A stretch of 30,338 nucleotides of DNA, taken from positions 1 to 30,338 of IMG/VR virus record IMGVR_UViG_3300036856_000108; one strand, written 5' to 3'. Source of the DNA: a virus (taxonomy: Duplodnaviria > Caudoviricetes). Positions 17,859 through 27,275 of the stretch are shown here, piece after piece. A program made the position numbers and the translations under genes. Under the pieces are notes generated by a model that did no database searches, had not been told where the DNA came from, and was given only the letters and a program-made list of their open reading frames with translations. How positions within the stretch are numbered: position 1 is the stretch's first letter; the number at the start of each line of letters is the position of its first letter.

Positions 17859-19631
17859 ATGAACGACAACAACGGCATGACACTCATCAGCGACCCGCGC
17901 AGAAAGGCCGCCCTGCTTTACTGGCAGGGATTTTCCGTGGCGCGAATCGCGGAAACGCTCGCCCTTAAAAAACCGACGGTGCAAAGCTGGAAACAGCGGG
18001 AGAAATGGGATGCCGTCGCGCCGATTTCCCGCATTGAAACCAGCATTGAGGCGCGCGTCGTCCAGCTCGTGATGAAAAGCAAAAAAGACGGGCAAGACTT
18101 CAAAGAAATCGACCTGTTAGGCCGCCAGATTGAGCGACTGGCGCGGGTGAACCGCTACATGTCGACGGGCAGCGAGGCGGATCTCAATCCGGCGGTTGCG
18201 AACCGCAACAAAGGGGAACGTAAAAAGGTAGAAAAAAACGTCTTCACCGATGAGGCGATCGCCAAACTCAGCGACGTGTTTATCGACGATGCGTTTGAGT
18301 ACCAACTCGGCTGGCATCAGGCGGGTTTACAGCACCGTATCCGTAACATTCTAAAATCCCGTCAGATTGGCGCGACCTTCTTCTTTGCCCGCGAGGCGCT
18401 GCTCGACGCGCTGAAAACCGGACGTAACCAAATCTTTATTTCGGCCAGCAAGTCGCAGGCGCACGTCTTTAGAAATTACATCATCGACTTTGCCCGGCTG
18501 GTTGATGTTGACCTCAAAGGCGACCCGATGCAGCTCGCGAACGGCGCGCGCCTGTTCTTTCTCGGCACCAACATCCGCACCGCGCAGAGCTACACCGGTA
18601 ACCTGTATCTGGATGAGTATTTCTGGATCCCCAAGTTTCAAGAGCTGCGCAAAGTCGCCTCGGGGATGTCGCTGCACAAGAAATGGCGAACGACCTATTT
18701 CTCGACCCCTTCCAGCCTGACCCACAGCGCCTATTCGTTCTGGTCGGGAGAGCTATTTAACAAGGGGCGTCGTAAAAAAGACGAGCGTATCCAGCTCGAC
18801 CTCAGCCACAGCCATTTAGCCCAAGGCGTGCAGTGTGCCGACGGCCAGTGGCGGCAGATTGTGACGGTGGAGGATGCGCTCGCGGGCGGCTGCGATCTGT
18901 TCGACATCAACCAGCTTTCGCTGGAATACAGCCCGTCGGAATATCAGAACCTGCTCATGTGTGAGTTTGTGGATGATAAGGCGTCGGTCTTCCCGTTCGA
19001 GGAGTTGCAGGGCTGCATGGTGGACAGTCTCGAAGAATGGACGGATTTCAATCCCTACGCTTTCCACCCGTTCGACGACAAGCCGGTGTGGATTGGTTAC
19101 GACCCGTCCGAGGCCAACGGCGGCGACAGCGCCGGTTGCGTGGTGATTGCCCCGCCGGAGCAGCAGGGCGGCATCTTCCGCATTCTGGAACGCCACCAGT
19201 GGCAGGGCATGGATTTTGACGCGCAGGCGAAGGCTATCGAGGCGCTGACGGAAAAATATAACGTGGAATATATCGGCATTGATGCGACCACCGTCGGTCA
19301 GGGTGTTTACCAGCTCGTCCGGCAGTTTTTCCCCGCGGCGCGCGAAATCAAATACACGGCGGAATTAAAAACCGAGATGGTGCTGAAAGCCAAAAACACC
19401 ATTCATCGCGGCTGCTTGCAGTACGACGCGGGTCATAGCGACATCACCGCCGCATTTATGGCTATTCGCAAAACCATGACGGCCAGCGGCGCAAAGTCCA
19501 CCTATGTCGCCAGCCGCAGCGAAGAAGCCAGCCACGCCGACGTGGCGTGGGCGACGATGCACGCGCTCATCAATGAGCCGCTGACGGCGGGTTCCGGCAA
19601 GCAATATAAATCCACCATTGAATGGCACTAA
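17859..19631 (+). CDS. P: Terminase large (ATPase) subunit gpP
   Basis: ILKSRQIGATF Walker A, LYLDEYFW Walker B, WIGYDP nuclease motif; start 17859 or 17877. Confidence 0.95.
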   Translation: MNDNNGMTLISDPRRKAALLYWQGFSVARIAETLALKKPTVQSWKQREKWDAVAPISRIETSIEARVVQLVMKSKKDGQDFKEIDLLGRQIERLARVNRYMSTGSEADLNPAVANRNKGERKKVEKNVFTDEAIAKLSDVFIDDAFEYQLGWHQAGLQHRIRNILKSRQIGATFFFAREALLDALKTGRNQIFISASKSQAHVFRNYIIDFARLVDVDLKGDPMQLANGARLFFLGTNIRTAQSYTGNLYLDEYFWIPKFQELRKVASGMSLHKKWRTTYFSTPSSLTHSAYSFWSGELFNKGRRKKDERIQLDLSHSHLAQGVQCADGQWRQIVTVEDALAGGCDLFDINQLSLEYSPSEYQNLLMCEFVDDKASVFPFEELQGCMVDSLEEWTDFNPYAFHPFDDKPVWIGYDPSEANGGDSAGCVVIAPPEQQGGIFRILERHQWQGMDFDAQAKAIEALTEKYNVEYIGIDATTVGQGVYQLVRQFFPAAREIKYTAELKTEMVLKAKNTIHRGCLQYDAGHSDITAAFMAIRKTMTASGAKSTYVASRSEEASHADVAWATMHALINEPLTAGSGKQYKSTIEWH

Positions 19632-19632
19632 T

Positions 19633-20646
19633 ATGACCAGCAAAAAATCACGCAAGGCCAAGAAATTCACCTCGACCAACAACGTGCAGCAGAGCGAGTT
19701 TTTCCGCTTTGATGAACCGGCAAAGGTCATGGATCGCCGCGACATTTTAAATTACGTGGAGTGCATCAGTAACGGGAAGTGGTACGAGCCGCCGGTCAGC
19801 TTCTCGGGGCTGGCAAAGAGTATGCGCGCCGCCGTGCATCACAGCTCGCCGATGTACGTCAAACGTAACATTCTCGCCAGCACCTTTATCCCGCACCCGC
19901 TGCTTTCACAACAGCAGTTTAGCCGCTATGCGCTGGATTATATTGTCTTTGGTAACGGATTTATGGAGCAGCGCAGAAGCCGCACCGGCCAGCTATTAAG
20001 GCTTGAAACCTCACCGGCGAAATATACCCGTCGCGGTTTAGAAGATGACGTCTTCTGGTTCGTGGAAAACTACGCCGCGCCGCACGATTTCGCCGCAGGA
20101 ACCGTTTTCCATTTGCAGGAGCCGGACATTAACCAAGAGCTGTACGGCCTGCCCGAATACCTCAGCGCGTTAAACAGCGCGTGGCTTAATGAGTCCGCGA
20201 CGCTGTACCGCCGCAAGTATTTTGAGAACGGCGCGCACGCGGGCTACGTGATGTACGTGACCGACCCCGCCCAGAACAAAGAGGATATTTCGGCACTGCG
20301 CGACATGATGAGCAAATCGAAGGGCGACGGGAATTTCAGAAACATTTTTTATCACGCGCCGAACGGCAAACCGGACGCGATTAAAATCATCCCGCTCAGT
20401 GAAGTGGCAACCAAAGATGATTTCTTTAACATCAAGAACGCGACCCGCGACGACCTGCTCAGCGTGCATCGCGTGCCGCCACAGATGATGGGGATTATCC
20501 CAAGCAATACCGGCGGATTTGGTGACGTTGAGAAAGCGGCAAAGGTGTTTGTGCGTAACGAGCTGGTACCGCTACAGGAGCGGATGAAGGAATTAAACCA
20601 GTGGGCCGGTCAGGAGGTGATCCGCTTTACGGACTACGAATTATAA
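19633..20646 (+). CDS. Q: Portal protein gpQ
   Basis: KWYEPPVSF.GLAK..RA..HHSS..YVKRN...DINQE.YGLPEY...HRVPPQMMG. Confidence 0.96.
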   Translation: MTSKKSRKAKKFTSTNNVQQSEFFRFDEPAKVMDRRDILNYVECISNGKWYEPPVSFSGLAKSMRAAVHHSSPMYVKRNILASTFIPHPLLSQQQFSRYALDYIVFGNGFMEQRRSRTGQLLRLETSPAKYTRRGLEDDVFWFVENYAAPHDFAAGTVFHLQEPDINQELYGLPEYLSALNSAWLNESATLYRRKYFENGAHAGYVMYVTDPAQNKEDISALRDMMSKSKGDGNFRNIFYHAPNGKPDAIKIIPLSEVATKDDFFNIKNATRDDLLSVHRVPPQMMGIIPSNTGGFGDVEKAAKVFVRNELVPLQERMKELNQWAGQEVIRFTDYEL

Positions 20647-20666
20647 AACCAGAATAGAGGTGACAT

Positions 20667-20691
20667 AGCCGCCTGATATGGCGGCTTTTTT
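20667..20691 (+). terminator. Rho-independent terminator after Q
   Basis: AGCCGCC-6 nt-GGCGGCT stem followed by TTTTT. Confidence 0.85.
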
Positions 20692-20831
20692 ACGCCTGCG
20701 CTCTAAGGCCGTGAGACGCACGACACGCCGCGAAAGCCTGAACGCACGCCAATATCGGGCGGGGATTCGAAAACCTCACCACGGCGCGCTCAGGCGCGGG
20801 AATAAATACCTAAAAACAGCCCCCGCGCGCA

Positions 20832-20850
20832 ATGCTATCCCCGCCACGCC
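20832..20850 (-). other. cos site (19-nt cohesive end)
   Basis: GGCGTGGCGGGGATAGCAT on minus strand, close to the P2/186 cohesive ends as I recall them (GGCGAGGCGGGGAAAGCAC), in AAGCGGGCA...TGCGCGC context downstream of Q. Confidence 0.9.
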
Positions 20851-21033
20851 TGCCCGCTTTATGTGTCGCTTTTAATGCAGTTGTATTTATCTGTTTTTTC
20901 AACCAACGCCTACCTTTACATGTAAATTAAATAAGATTTATTTTGATGCAAAACCATGCAGCCGCATGCATCAGCTACAAATGGAAATTTCCATTACAAG
21001 CTGGGCGCGGCCTACTGGGAAAATAACTGTATA

Positions 21034-21062
21034 TTTACACATAAGTGATCAATTGACACAAT
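21034..21062 (+). promoter_or_regulatory. Putative sigma70 promoter of the accessory operon
   Basis: TTTACA-17 bp-CACAAT with extended -10 TG at 21054-21055. Confidence 0.5.
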
Positions 21063-21103
21063 TATGCTAAAAGTAGGTCTGCACACTACTTTTTACACAG
21101 CTA

Positions 21104-22531
21104 ATGGTATTTCTAATGGATAAAGAAATTATTGAGGCTTTTCCAGCCAAGCGCTTTTTTGTTGATATGCTGACCCGAGACATCGAACTAGAAGACGCTA
21201 TTTTAGACCTTTTAGACAACTGCTTAGATGGAGCTCTACGATGTATATCAAGTAGTGAGGAAGAAATTAATGAAGGAGAAAAATATAACAATTTCTTTTC
21301 ACGCATAAGTTTTGATGAAAATCATTTTTCCATTGAGGATAATTGTGGTGGTATTTCAGGCGATTTAGCAACAGATTATGCATTCCGCCTAGGCAGGCCA
21401 AATGAACGTAAGGGTGAAAAAATACCAACAATAGGTATTTATGGAATTGGTATGAAACGTGCCATTTTCAAAATGGGAACATCCGCAGACGTATTAAGTA
21501 AAACTGCCGACGAGCAATTTAAAGTATCAATTTCCCCTGAATGGATTTCTAGAGATGATCTGTGGGAACTCGAGCTAGAAAGAGAAAATATAGATCTGCC
21601 ATCCACTGGGGTGAAGATATTAATTGATACTTTAAGGGTGGACGTAAGTAATGTTTTCCATAAAGATAGAGGATTCCAAGAAAAACTTATAACTGCCGTA
21701 TCAAATCACTACAGCGTAATACTAAGCAAAGGCTTTAAAGTATTTATTAATGATACTGAAGTAAAACCCAACCTGACAACACTTATAGTTGATGATAAGG
21801 CGTTAGGGGAAGGACATGGGGGCATAACACCTTATTTTTACAAGGGAGAAAGCAAAGGTGTTTCAATACAGATAGCTGTGGGTTTTTATAGAGATTTCGC
21901 CAGCGAAGATGAGGAAAACTCTATACTATCGGGCCGAAACACTACTGAAAAAGCAGGCTGGACAATTATATGTAATGACCGAGTTGTTCTATACGCAGAT
22001 AAAACTCGCCTCACCGGATGGGGAGAAGCGGGCGTTCCACAATATCACACACAGTTTATAGGCATTGCAGGTGTAGTTATATTTACCTCCGATGATGCAG
22101 AAAAGTTACCCATTACAACAACAAAGCGTGGAATAGATGGTAATTCCGACCTCTATTTAGCAACAAAAGACTTTATGCGCGAAGGTTTGAAAATGTTCAC
22201 AGATTTCACTAACCGGTGGAAAGGGAACTCTGAAGAAAAAAGAAAAATGTTTACTGATGCACCTAGAATGATGCCATTAGTGAACAATAAAGTTGAGAAT
22301 GTTGTACCCGACGACCAATGGTCGCGAGTCAATCGTTCAATTGGTGGTAACGCTTTCAAACCAAAACTTCCAATCCCTAGAGAAACGGATCCATTAAGAC
22401 AAATTAAATTCAACAGAAAGCTAAGTGATATAAAATTGGTTTCTGAGTTTATTTTTGATGATGATTCAATTGCTCCTACAGAAGTAGGTAACTACTGCTT
22501 TGAGGACTTTTTAAAGAGGGCTAAGGAATGA
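21104..22531 (+). CDS. GHKL (MORC/MutL-like) ATPase, accessory
   Basis: N-box DAILDLLDNCLD, G1 IEDNCGGI, G2 IGIYGIGMKRA, G3 TGVKI, S5-like GWTIICNDRVV; AT-rich; alternative start 21116. Confidence 0.85.
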   Translation: MVFLMDKEIIEAFPAKRFFVDMLTRDIELEDAILDLLDNCLDGALRCISSSEEEINEGEKYNNFFSRISFDENHFSIEDNCGGISGDLATDYAFRLGRPNERKGEKIPTIGIYGIGMKRAIFKMGTSADVLSKTADEQFKVSISPEWISRDDLWELELERENIDLPSTGVKILIDTLRVDVSNVFHKDRGFQEKLITAVSNHYSVILSKGFKVFINDTEVKPNLTTLIVDDKALGEGHGGITPYFYKGESKGVSIQIAVGFYRDFASEDEENSILSGRNTTEKAGWTIICNDRVVLYADKTRLTGWGEAGVPQYHTQFIGIAGVVIFTSDDAEKLPITTTKRGIDGNSDLYLATKDFMREGLKMFTDFTNRWKGNSEEKRKMFTDAPRMMPLVNNKVENVVPDDQWSRVNRSIGGNAFKPKLPIPRETDPLRQIKFNRKLSDIKLVSEFIFDDDSIAPTEVGNYCFEDFLKRAKE

Positions 22532-23520
22532 GTTCCGGTGGTAGTATCCCTTATCACTTAAGACAGCATAAAGCTGTGGAGAGGAACCTTTTCATTGAGT
22601 TATTAAGAAAACTTAATAACTACACTAATATATCTGATTATGTCTATATCGGATTTGGTGGTCCGTTCCTTGAGGATTTTAAGCAACTACATACTTCTTT
22701 AAAAATATGTAACATGATCTCTTTAGAAGTTGATAGCAATGTTCATAAACGACAGAGGTTCAACACACCGGTTTCTTGTATAGATATCGGAGAAGAGCCC
22801 AAAAGTAGTAGTGAATTCATTAATACTTATGACTTCGATAAACCTGCATTAATTTGGTTAGATTATGCTATCCCTAGTCAACTGAATGAGCAAATGAATG
22901 AAATTGCAAATTTGGTCAGCAAGTTAAAGCCAAAGGATATTTTCAAAATAACATTAAACGCCACACCTGAAACTTTAGGCAGAGACTATAGTAATCAGGA
23001 TCCTAAACCCTTCAGACTAGGTAAGTTGATTGAATTGCTAACTGAAGATTTTTGCCCAATAAATCCTGAAGTTGATGACGTCACTTTCAAGCGATATCCT
23101 AAATTGTTAATTAAAGCAGCACAGCGTGCGATTAACATGGGATTGAGAGGAAGAACTGATATACAAATACACCCTCTGTGTACTTTTATTTATAAAGATG
23201 GTCAGCAAATGATAACATTTACAGCCATTGTATTAGAAAATACTCCTGAAGAGTACGAACGATTTATTTCGGAATCAAGAATTACAAATTGGCCATTTTA
23301 TAGCGGGAGTTGGGATACGCTGAAAAACATTAGCATCCCAACCATGTCATTAAGAGAAAGAATATTCATTGAAGAAAAACTTCCATTAAATACAGCAGAT
23401 CAAATAAATGCGGACCTCGAATTTTTTCTTGGCGAAAATGAAAATGAAGCCCGTACGAATCTTGAAAATTTTATTGAGTATTACAAAGTAATTCCGTGGT
23501 ACTCGAAAGTTCTTTTTTAG
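22528..23520 (+). CDS. Putative SAM-dependent methyltransferase-fold protein
   Basis: YVYIGFGGPFLEDF Gly loop, MISLE (acidic end of beta2), ALIWLDY (beta4); ATGA overlap with the ATPase stop. ORF is secure, function tentative. Confidence 0.6.
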   Translation: MSSGGSIPYHLRQHKAVERNLFIELLRKLNNYTNISDYVYIGFGGPFLEDFKQLHTSLKICNMISLEVDSNVHKRQRFNTPVSCIDIGEEPKSSSEFINTYDFDKPALIWLDYAIPSQLNEQMNEIANLVSKLKPKDIFKITLNATPETLGRDYSNQDPKPFRLGKLIELLTEDFCPINPEVDDVTFKRYPKLLIKAAQRAINMGLRGRTDIQIHPLCTFIYKDGQQMITFTAIVLENTPEEYERFISESRITNWPFYSGSWDTLKNISIPTMSLRERIFIEEKLPLNTADQINADLEFFLGENENEARTNLENFIEYYKVIPWYSKVLF

Positions 23521-24622
23521 CCAAAAGGCAGTACTCAAATAATGGTAATAGCATGGCCTCAGCAACAAGGGGGCTAACGCTATTACCAATCTGTCTAAAA
23601 CTATGCCATTTGGTCGGATGAAATCTAAACCAGTCAGGAAAGCCCTGTAATCTTGCAGCTTCACGAGGTGTTATGACCCTCGCTTGAGTTGGATGAATGG
23701 GGCGAACTGCCTGATAGCTTCCTTTGTCACTTCCGGTACCAGCCCTCAACGTTGGGCAGAAACCATTAGGATTTAACCGCTGAGAACGTGAAATCTTGTC
23801 AGTTTCGCCGAATGACAATTTGTTATATCTATTAATTATTTCGTCATTGTGAACTGTGCCCAAGAAACCGGAAACTATACCTTCATTTAATTTATTAAGA
23901 GACTCAGCATCTCCAACTTTGTCAGGTATACATCCCCACAACCTATTAAAGTAATAACCCTCCCGATCTAATTTAACACGACGCCAACCTTGTTTCTCTT
24001 CTTGCCATTCTTTTTTTATAACACGAGGCAATCCATACAAAGCTTCCTTTACAAGAGTTTGTTCCATTATATCTTTTGGAAAAAAATCAGATTCTTTTAA
24101 CTGATTAGTAAAATCTTTTCTAAAACCAATAAAGAATATTCTGGTTCTTGTGGTAGGCGCACCGTAGTTTGATGCATTGACTTTTATCGGGTGTAATAGT
24201 GAATAACGATCACTCACTAAAGAGAACGCTTTTTCTCTCACGGAATTATATTTTTCATTCATAATTCCAGGGACGTTTTCAGCTAAAAAACAAATTGGAG
24301 ATAGTTCATTAACTAATCTAAAAAAATGAATATACAACTCATTTCTGGTGTCATCTGCGTCACCTTTCCCAATGGAGCTAAAACCTTGGCAAGGAGGCCC
24401 TCCAATAACGCAATCAATTTCACTAACATTACAAGTAGAGAGTATATCTCTAGCCGAGAGTTTACTCACATCTTTATGTAAGTGAGTTGATTTTGGGAAG
24501 TTTAAAGCATGGGAATAAATAGCATGTTTATCTAACTCAACAGCACCAGCCAAGTTGAAGCCTGCTCTTGTCGCCCCCAAGCTCAAACCGCCTACCCCTG
24601 CGAACAAGTCAATTACATTCAT
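23471..24622 (-). CDS. C5 DNA cytosine methyltransferase
   Basis: Motif I DLFAGVGG, IV GGPPCQGFS, VI ENV, VIII PTTRTR, IX REAARLQGFPD, X RQIGNSV. Confidence 0.95.
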   Translation of the reverse strand: MNVIDLFAGVGGLSLGATRAGFNLAGAVELDKHAIYSHALNFPKSTHLHKDVSKLSARDILSTCNVSEIDCVIGGPPCQGFSSIGKGDADDTRNELYIHFFRLVNELSPICFLAENVPGIMNEKYNSVREKAFSLVSDRYSLLHPIKVNASNYGAPTTRTRIFFIGFRKDFTNQLKESDFFPKDIMEQTLVKEALYGLPRVIKKEWQEEKQGWRRVKLDREGYYFNRLWGCIPDKVGDAESLNKLNEGIVSGFLGTVHNDEIINRYNKLSFGETDKISRSQRLNPNGFCPTLRAGTGSDKGSYQAVRPIHPTQARVITPREAARLQGFPDWFRFHPTKWHSFRQIGNSVSPLVAEAMLLPLFEYCLLAKKELSSTTELLCNTQ

Positions 24623-24683
24623 ATTTTTATAACCATGCTAAAAATCCAATTTATGATCTACGATCTTATCATTATTTTTCTTA

Positions 24684-26990
24684 TTAATTAAAGAAATCAT
24701 TAATTTCAAAGCTTGGCGACTCTATTAAATCAATTACATACGTAATTTTTTTCTCTTCATAACTTACTGTAGCGCCTCTCGCCAGCACTTCAAGCTCCCA
24801 ACGCTCAGGCGTAATGCCTTGGCTCACTAAATCTCTATAAATCCGCGGTACTTTAGCTCGCTCACTCTTCGTTAATCGCGCTGACGGGGCAAGCTCACGA
24901 GGTTTTGACGGATTAAAACTTTTTTGATGATGATTCACTGACGGCGATTGTCGTCTTACAGCGTCTCCCAGCACCTTAGCGACGTCTGGCTCATCCCATC
25001 CAACATTACCGCTCTCAACTAATTTCATCACCGCCGCGGCGTACTCAGAAGGTGTAGGAGGCAAACTCTGTCCGAGTCCTGTCTGAACCTCCCCACAGTT
25101 ATTGACAGGACTCCGAGGCGCGCCGAAGGCGCTTTTTAACGTCAAAGGATGAGGGGCAACGGCCACAGACTTAGCGACAATTTGCCATTGCGTTGTGCGT
25201 GTTTCATGGATACGGCCAGACCCGAGGTGCGGGGCAAAAATGCCGATAACCTTCTGGACTTCCTCGTCATATTCGTTGAGCTCGTCAATAACGTGGCGGG
25301 CCGTTCGCACGGTCTGCGTATCACGCGGAACATTCGCGCCGCCCTGTGCCGCCATGTACGCCGCAAAATCACCGGCATCCGCTGCGGCTCTCACCGCTTC
25401 TACAAGCTCGTCAAAGTCTGCGGACAGGCTAACGCCACGGATGCGTCGGCATTCGCGGTAAGCGCCCATGGTGGGAACGCCGATAGCTTTAAACTGAGGG
25501 ATGCGCCAGACCGAGGCCCACGCAGTAACAGCGGCGGCAGTGTCAGACAACGCCTGACCGGTTTCATGGTCGAGCTGGCCGTCTAGCGCGTAACCGTCGA
25601 TATTCTTCGCAATATATTTAGCGATGTAACCCGCCGCGCCGCCCTTGTTCAGGTGCTTGCACTCAAAGCGCTGGCTTTGCGCGCCGCGTTCGTCGCCGTC
25701 TTCTTTCAGCGCGTAGCTGCGCATAATGTCAATGACTGCCTGACGCTGAGACCGCTCGCAAAAAAGCATCATGTGCCAGTGCGGCGTGGCGTCGTGGTGA
25801 GGCTCAACAACGCGCATACCGTAGACTTTGAGCCCTTGGTCTTTAAACGCTGTGCGCATCTTGCCCCAGATTTTCACCAGATAGCGCTGGCCGTCTTTTG
25901 GCGAAAATGCCTCATCGTCCCAACGGTGATTGAAGTTAACGCGACGGTCTGATTTTTTACCGACCATTCGCGTGGGGTGATATTTCGACGGCGTGGTGAT
26001 GGTGAGAAACATCCCAACGTGCCCGACGCTGGCCGCATATTTTTCAATGCCGGCAATCGTGCTCATCAGCTCCATGCGGCGAATTTCAGGGTTAGAAATA
26101 CTCGCCAGAACCTTGTCGATAAGGTCGATGCGTTCGCCGGTGTCGACGTTCTCCAGTTCGCGGGATTTCAGGTATTCCATATTAGCCAGACGGCGGGCGC
26201 GTACGTCGCGGATTGCCTGCTTGCTGGCATAGCCTGATTTCTGCAAATTGACCTCACCGGCGGCAATTAGCAGGGATTCGCGCCACTGGGTGCGCTGCGC
26301 TTTAAGCTGACGAACCCACCACTCGTCGTTAACCAAACGAGCCACACTAGAAAATGCACAGCGCATGTCTAATTTATGTTTGCGGTATTTTTTCCAGTGC
26401 ATCGGGGTGATATTGAAAACCCGCGCGGCACCGGCAACGTGGCCGTAAATTTCTGACTGTTCAAGGTCTGTAAATAGCGCTTTCTGCTCGCCGTCGTTTG
26501 CCGCCAGAGCGTCATCGCTGCGGCTTTCGTACTCGACAAAGAGACGCGCAGCGATACGGGCAGCGAGCTTTTTCAGCTCTTTGTCATGCATACCCGCTAA
26601 ACCGCTATAACAATCAGCCTCATCACTAAAGAGCCTGAGTGAATTCTCATTAAATCTCAGCGCGAATTTATCGTTAACTAAAGCGATGCGCGGCCATATG
26701 CGCGGCATGAAAACGTTGATTAAGTAACGATGAGCCGTCAGCAGGCCCGAGGTTTTGAGCAGGTAAGCATGGCGGCCTGAGAAAATACCGCCGAGGAAAT
26801 TAGGCAGAGCGTCGATTTTGCGTAAGGCATCTTGCCCCTGACGGTATTCGTCACGGGTAAGAGGTCTCTCTTTAGAGATTGCTGGGCGCGGGGCATTCCA
26901 AGAAAAAGCGCCAACAAAGGGGGATTTGTCGGCGGCATTACATGGCGCTAATGGCGTGGGGGCTTTACGCCCCCGAGAATCAGCCTGCAC
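24684..26990 (-). CDS. A: Rolling-circle replication initiator gpA
   Basis: EPHHDATPHWH (HUH), AGYIAKYIAKNIDG (two Tyr), SISNPEIRRMELM; GTG start. Confidence 0.96.
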   Translation of the reverse strand: MQADSRGRKAPTPLAPCNAADKSPFVGAFSWNAPRPAISKERPLTRDEYRQGQDALRKIDALPNFLGGIFSGRHAYLLKTSGLLTAHRYLINVFMPRIWPRIALVNDKFALRFNENSLRLFSDEADCYSGLAGMHDKELKKLAARIAARLFVEYESRSDDALAANDGEQKALFTDLEQSEIYGHVAGAARVFNITPMHWKKYRKHKLDMRCAFSSVARLVNDEWWVRQLKAQRTQWRESLLIAAGEVNLQKSGYASKQAIRDVRARRLANMEYLKSRELENVDTGERIDLIDKVLASISNPEIRRMELMSTIAGIEKYAASVGHVGMFLTITTPSKYHPTRMVGKKSDRRVNFNHRWDDEAFSPKDGQRYLVKIWGKMRTAFKDQGLKVYGMRVVEPHHDATPHWHMMLFCERSQRQAVIDIMRSYALKEDGDERGAQSQRFECKHLNKGGAAGYIAKYIAKNIDGYALDGQLDHETGQALSDTAAAVTAWASVWRIPQFKAIGVPTMGAYRECRRIRGVSLSADFDELVEAVRAAADAGDFAAYMAAQGGANVPRDTQTVRTARHVIDELNEYDEEVQKVIGIFAPHLGSGRIHETRTTQWQIVAKSVAVAPHPLTLKSAFGAPRSPVNNCGEVQTGLGQSLPPTPSEYAAAVMKLVESGNVGWDEPDVAKVLGDAVRRQSPSVNHHQKSFNPSKPRELAPSARLTKSERAKVPRIYRDLVSQGITPERWELEVLARGATVSYEEKKITYVIDLIESPSFEINDFFN
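25102..25121 (-). other. Replication origin (gpA nick site) inside gene A
   Basis: GCGCCTCGGAGTCCTGTCAA, matching the P2 ori as I recall it, at the expected place in A. Confidence 0.85.
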
Positions 26991-27267
26991 TCAAACCACC
27001 GGCGGCCGTAAATGCATCACCGCACATCGCACTAATACGCTCTAACTCATCAGCTAAAGCGGAAATGCTTTTAACGTCAGAATCACGTACTTGGAAATGG
27101 ATTAGGCCATTTACGAGCTGGGACATCCTCGGGTAATAACCCACGGCCTCTAAATAGACTTCTCCCTTTTTAATACCGGACTGAGCCACTTTTGTTTTAT
27201 TTAAAATAAACTGCAAGCTGTCACTGGTAATAACCCACTTATCACCCACCTTAATATTAATCATCAT
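26980..27267 (-). CDS. P2 Orf83-like (DUF5405-type) early protein
   Basis: GDKWVITSD..QFILN.......G...GE..L...GYYP; directly upstream of A. Confidence 0.8.
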   Translation of the reverse strand: MMINIKVGDKWVITSDSLQFILNKTKVAQSGIKKGEVYLEAVGYYPRMSQLVNGLIHFQVRDSDVKSISALADELERISAMCGDAFTAAGGLSAG

Positions 27268-27275
27268 CCAGCCCC

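Noticed and set aside
17490-18095. 201-aa minus-strand ORF across the O/P junction
   Set aside because: Overlaps both genes and the divergent promoter; no protein-like features
20678-20875. 65-aa ORF after the portal gene
   Set aside because: Starts inside the terminator and runs through cos
21104-24622. Classical type II R-M, DISARM, Hma or Old/Tin assignment; tum antirepressor
   Set aside because: No recognisable endonuclease, helicase, OLD ABC-TOPRIM or DinI-like gene
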